A model generated the notes under the pieces. That model ran no database searches. It had not been told where the DNA came from and saw only the letters and a list, made by a program, of their open reading frames with translations. DNA of 36,945 nucleotides, taken from Macrostomum lignano. Taxonomy: Eukaryota. The position numbers and the translations under genes were made by a program. Below are positions 32,100-36,945 of this stretch, piece by piece. The number at the start of each line of letters is the position of its first letter. Position 1 is the first letter of the stretch. The stretch covers positions 1 through 36,945 of the forward strand of contig NIVC01004726.1 of the NCBI GenBank assembly GCA_002269645.1. The letters run 5' to 3'.

Positions 32100-35000
32100 T
32101 CTATTATTAATAATTTCCTGTTCTTTTGTCTAAATTTTTATCTGCCGAACAATTTTTAGGACTCAAACATCTTTTGTGTCTAAAAAAACATATTATCGAA
32201 AAAAATTCTCGACCAATAATGTTTCTAAAAATGCTACTGACAGTAGGCGATTGACATTAAGAAGATTGCTAAAACAATTTCCTGTTTTGTCAAATTTCTG
32301 GTTTATGATTATGTCTTAAAGTTCTGAAAGAATTCTAGAAAAATATGAGTACATGTAGGACAGAGGAAATCAGGAAAAAATCTAGATTTCCCAAGCTGTA
32401 TCAGTACACTGAGACTTGATTTTCAACAAATAGTTATATTTGGCTAGTCAGTGTCTAGCACAAAAAGAATCATATCTCTATCTCATTCAAGCATTTGCTA
32501 TATGCACGCTTAAATTTTATCCAAAACTGGAAAAGTCAACAATATACAGAGTGAATTGTCATCCAGAAAATACTTAACACTCTACTGTAAGTAGCAAGCA
32601 GTTACGTGTAAAGTTTACATATAATTTTTCATGAAATTAAACAACTTTTTCCTTATTGATTGTTTTTTTATAAAGTAATCAGCTTCATTTGCCAAAGTAA
32701 AAAAAGTAACAAAATACTATTGAATAGCCCTATAAATCTTCAAAATGGTAAAATCTTAAGTCTTAGTTACAAGGGCTTAAAGGTAAGAAAATATAAGCAT
32801 TGCATTTTAATAGAAATAAAATAGAGTTCTACCATAGTTACAAATATGGTCATGGGAATTTATGGACATAAGGGTTTTTAGATAAAATATACATATATAG
32901 TTATAGGAATACATATTTCCCATATATAGTTCCTAAAATATCTAGTAATATGAGCTATTTAGGACCTGAAAAGACTTAAAAGATCATTGGAGACCCTTGA
33001 TTAATGGTTAGAAAGGTGTAGAATAATAAAAAATGAATATTAGTTTTAATGCTTTTAAAGGGGGAACTCTTAATAAGTCCTAAGAATAGACCTAGGGACT
33101 CAAGCAATATAGAATTTTTATTCCTTATGCACATTAAGTTATTAGGGTCGTATAAGAAATAAAGTCAAGATTTATATTTTTATTTCCCATGCAAAGGGCC
33201 TAGATAAACTACAAATATAACTAAAAAAACAAAATAAGTAAAAAACCAAATCTAAAACTATATAAAAATAAATCTTGTCTTATTAATACTGAATAAGTTT
33301 TTTTTCATCAGGGCCCATATATATTATTGATGAATTTTGTGTTTTTATCAGTGAAGTCAAGTCAATAGTCATAATTTTGATTAGATATAAATTATCACTT
33401 AGACTAAAACCTTTTAAGGGTTTATTAAAGCGATACAATAAACAGTAATATTCAGCCATGTAAATTAAGTATACACAGAATTTCTAGTTCTGGTATTTTT
33501 CTTAGTATAAAGAATAATGACTAGGGCCTAAAGACATGTGTATATGCATTTTGAGCCTAACTAAATACCACATGATCTTTGAACTATAGATAGCAACAAT
33601 AAATACATTAAAAAATTAAAGCTAGCATACATATACAACAAACAGAACTTCAAAAGTAATATTTTACCCAAATGCAAAGGCAACTATCTAGTTGTTAATA
33701 ACCATAGGATAATTTCAAAAAAATCTTTATAAAAAGGGTTTTGGATTTTTTAGATTTCTTAGTTTTTGCTTCTGTAACTATAACCTGAGTTTTACCTAAC
33801 TAGTATGATGTAGTTTTCTATGAAAATACAATGTCATACATGTATCTAGAGAGCCTTTTTAGAACATAGCTATGCTTTACATAAAATTTGAATATTTTCC
33901 CTCTTTGGCTTAAGCTATTTATTGCTAATCTTATCTTTATATTTATGTTTTTCAATCACTTAGGTAAGTTTTCTTTTTTCTATATTTTTTGTCTTATAAA
34001 CTTAAGTTTTTGACTTGTCCCTTAATAGTTTAAGTGCCTTTTTGACCAGTTTTGTTATATACCTATTGGCTATTGGCTACTTTATCTACTAGTCATATTG
34101 GCTAGGTCAGCTAGGTATTGCCCATACTTTCAAAAATAATAATTTCATGATGATGCATAAAAATGTCAATGCAATACTGCCAATAGGACCTGGGCTAGAG
34201 TATCCTTACACTGAATACATTATATATATAGTATATTTAGATAATAGTAAAACATACCATTTTTATTGATGACAATTCAAAGTAATTAAAAGCACTTAAA
34301 TTAATTAGTCCATTGAAAACAAAAGCAATTAATTAAATAGGCCCTATATCAGGATAGTGGTGCAGGTGCAACTGTACAAGCAAATTGCAAGAGTGAACTA
34401 AGAGATTTTTTAAATACAGGTCCAGAGTTTTAGGCTATAAATCTAGTGAAAAGCACCCAGTTTGTGACATAAAATGAAACCAACTGTTGCCTGTTGTTTT
34501 GAAAGTTTTTATAAATGAAATCACATCACAGTCACACCAATCCAATGCAAACCTAAATGTGATAATATTGAAAAGCAATATAATATATGGTTGTAAACTA
34601 ATTCATTCGAATCGAAAGACACTAAAGTTAAAGACTAGCTATTTAATCATGATTACAGTTACTTACAAAAGATTATACAGACATGTAAGTTATATTCTAT
34701 TCTATTAGGGCATTTCCGTCAATTAGGCACTATCGGAAAATTACACTTCAACAAACAGAAAATGATGAATTGTAGCTTAAGCCAGCTAATTGAAGTCAAA
34801 CAAGGACTTAAACTGAAAAATACAACCACTTTTGCTCAATTTAAAGCTATTAAAGATTGTTAATCGGCAAAACTAATGTTGAATAAACCATTTTAAACTT
34901 ACGTAGACGCCACTTTTTTGGATGTCCAAACACACAATTTTTAACTTCAACATTAAATAAAAGAGCGAAAAAAACATTTTTTATAGTAATTCTCTTTGTT

Positions 35001-36400
35001 TCATGAAAAAAACACATTAAACTTTGTTAAAATCATTCCTTTTCGTTACAACACCTGCAAGAAGTCATTGATTTTTGTCAGTTTTCTTGCTATACCAAAA
35101 ATTATAAACAGTAAGTTTTTGTATCATTTGTACTCATGTTGTACCCTCTCATTTACTCATAAGGCTTTCAATCTACACGTTTTTTAGCTTAAATGAAGGA
35201 AAACATCTTTGCGATAATGTATCAGTATATTTTTTAGCAATGAATTTGCTTAATACATTTTTCTAAGACATTAATTTTTTTTCGATGTGACATCTTAACC
35301 ACAAGATTGTACTCATGTTGTACCCAATAATTTTTTTTAGTGCTTTTTATTAGCTGAAAACGATATATTTATGGATTGCTGACATACAGAGCTTCACAAA
35401 AAGTGGTCTGCTGAACCTTAATCTGTCAAAATACCTTAAATATTAACATTTAAATGTAGTAAGCACACTACTTACACGAGATGTATTTTCATGTTGTACC
35501 CTTTATTTTATTTTTCGCTAGTTTTTTTTCTCAAAATCAGTCTTACAAGACTATCATTAAGTATAAAAGCTGGAAAATAAAACAGTTTCACATTAATTTC
35601 TTGTTTATTTATCAATAAAAATGTAATTTATATTTTGCACTATAGTATGTAGATAGTAATTTACATAGTATTAAATCAATTTTCCCCACATTTACTTGTA
35701 ATATTGCTTCAGAAAAACTTTCTCTAGATTGTGGAAGCATATGCATTTCTTGCTGCTTGCAAAGTTGCACTGGAACTTCTGAATAATTACGGTGATCGGC
35801 TAGTTACTGAAAAGTAAAATTAGAGATTTACGTTCGGTATATCGCGCAGAAAAATTTTTTTGACAAAGTTAAAAAATATCGTATGAACTTATGCGCAAAA
35901 ATAACAAAATCTGAATTGAAAAGTTGATTAAAAGCATTAAGAAACAGTTAAAAAATTATTGACTGAAAGAAAGTTAATTATAAGCAAGCAATTATGTCTC
36001 AATATAAAATTTTATTCTCCTACGGTATTAATCGTCTTCTTAGATCAGTATAACTTTTATCGGCAACTTTTATTGTTACCAGAAAATTTCTTGTGCTTCT
36101 ACAAGATAAAAAAAGAAATTTAATAACAAATTCTAGTTAGATTTCCTGTTTTCAACATTTTTCGTCTTCTTTGCACACTCGGACACAATTTGTGTCCCTA
36201 TTTGGCGGAAATGCCCATTAGTGTAGTTTGCACGAAAACTATTCTTTCACGCGTTTAAATTGTAAATGCGCGCTTTTTAACAGTGAAACAAAAACTAAAA
36301 ATTTAATTCAGTATTATACGGCAAAAGTTTATATACGAACAATAAATTATTGTCAGTGAGTTTTCAACTTGACTTTTTTCGCTGTTGGTGTTTATTCTTT
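32100..36400. other. AT-rich non-coding tract with no credible ORF and no large tandem array
   Basis: Visibly very low GC; only short, low-complexity ORFs in the track. Confidence 0.7.
35128..35502 (+). repeat. Three copies of a (TGTAC)TCATGTTGTACCC motif spaced 179 and 176 bp apart
   Basis: CATGTTGTACC starts at 35135, 35314 and 35490; the spacers show little obvious similarity. Confidence 0.5.
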
Positions 36401-36945
36401 ATCGTAAAAGAGTTCTGTTCTGTTCCGTTCTGTTATGTTCATTTTCTGCTCTATTCTCGTGGGCTGAGAGAGACTAGGCTAGTGCTTCTTTCAGCAGAAA
36501 TAGAAAAATAGACTAGACTGATTTAATTGCCCTCATATGCCTAAATAAAATTCCACCCCCGCCCTAAAAAATTGTACTAATACCATGTGTCGCGTTCTGT
36601 ATAAAATTAAAGGCGCTTGATCAGAAAGTCCGGGAATGTTCAATACTTTATGGCTACACATATACGACCATTGACACTCAATACTAGGATTGAGATACAT
36701 GTATTCTTTCACTGGTACACTGATCCTAAAAATGGCTCTGCCTGTTTTGGAGTGCGCATCTAATTTATCAGACGAATTGTCTCGCACACCAAGCAAAAAA
36801 AAATTAGCATTTGAAGTCATTGCCATTCGCACAGGAACTCTATTGAGCTTGTGGAGCTATGTGTAAAGATCGTCAAGGGTAGAAAAAATACGCTCCATAA
36901 TTCTTTGTTTTCAGAGAACTACATGTATGCTGATTTAATGCTGAG

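Noticed and set aside
921-35502. CRISPR-like interpretation of the regularly spaced repeats
   Set aside because: Eukaryotic intron-exon context, no cas genes, and the arrays are head-to-tail without unique spacers; the 35.1-35.5-kb motif is too short and has only three copies.
36533-36832. 99-aa minus-strand ORF with LLG..N and SDQAPLIL, faintly like a LINE APE endonuclease (GDFN...SDH)
   Set aside because: Catalytic residues are not conserved and the spacing is too short; a profile search would be needed to revive it.
36900-36945. Strong acceptor-like TTCTTTGTTTTCAG followed by an open frame (NYMYADLML) at the window edge
   Set aside because: Only 31 nt are visible, too little to call an exon or a trans-splice site.

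Overview
Eukaryotic (metazoan) genomic DNA with GT-AG introns and GC-rich exons embedded in AT-rich, minisatellite-dense non-coding DNA. This style is reminiscent of the flatworm Macrostomum, but the taxon is inferred and cannot be confirmed from the sequence alone. Genes: (1) the last four coding exons of NSF (vesicle-fusing AAA+ ATPase, + strand, 200-8321), with three apparent 1-bp deletions in the first visible exon; (2) a three-exon + strand gene (10912-13275, about 432 aa) built from two tandem copies of a stathmin-like module, with phase-0 introns at homologous positions; (3) a small C2H2/C2HC zinc-finger ORF on the - strand (19292-19741); (4) an intronless class A GPCR (29603-30968) with non-canonical motifs and two apparent 1-bp deletions. 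Mobile elements: a 1524-bp non-autonomous LTR element (TRIM-like, - strand, identical 278-bp TG...CA LTRs, PBS, PPT, GC-rich minisatellite cargo, 23962-25485), a full-length tRNA-derived SINE (19961-20279) and two candidate MITEs. Other repeats: a perfect 91-bp-arm hairpin in an NSF intron, eight different minisatellite arrays outside the LTR element (units of 16-48 bp) and a compound microsatellite. Most long ORFs in the supplied track are artefacts of these arrays. About 32-36.9 kb is AT-rich non-coding DNA.
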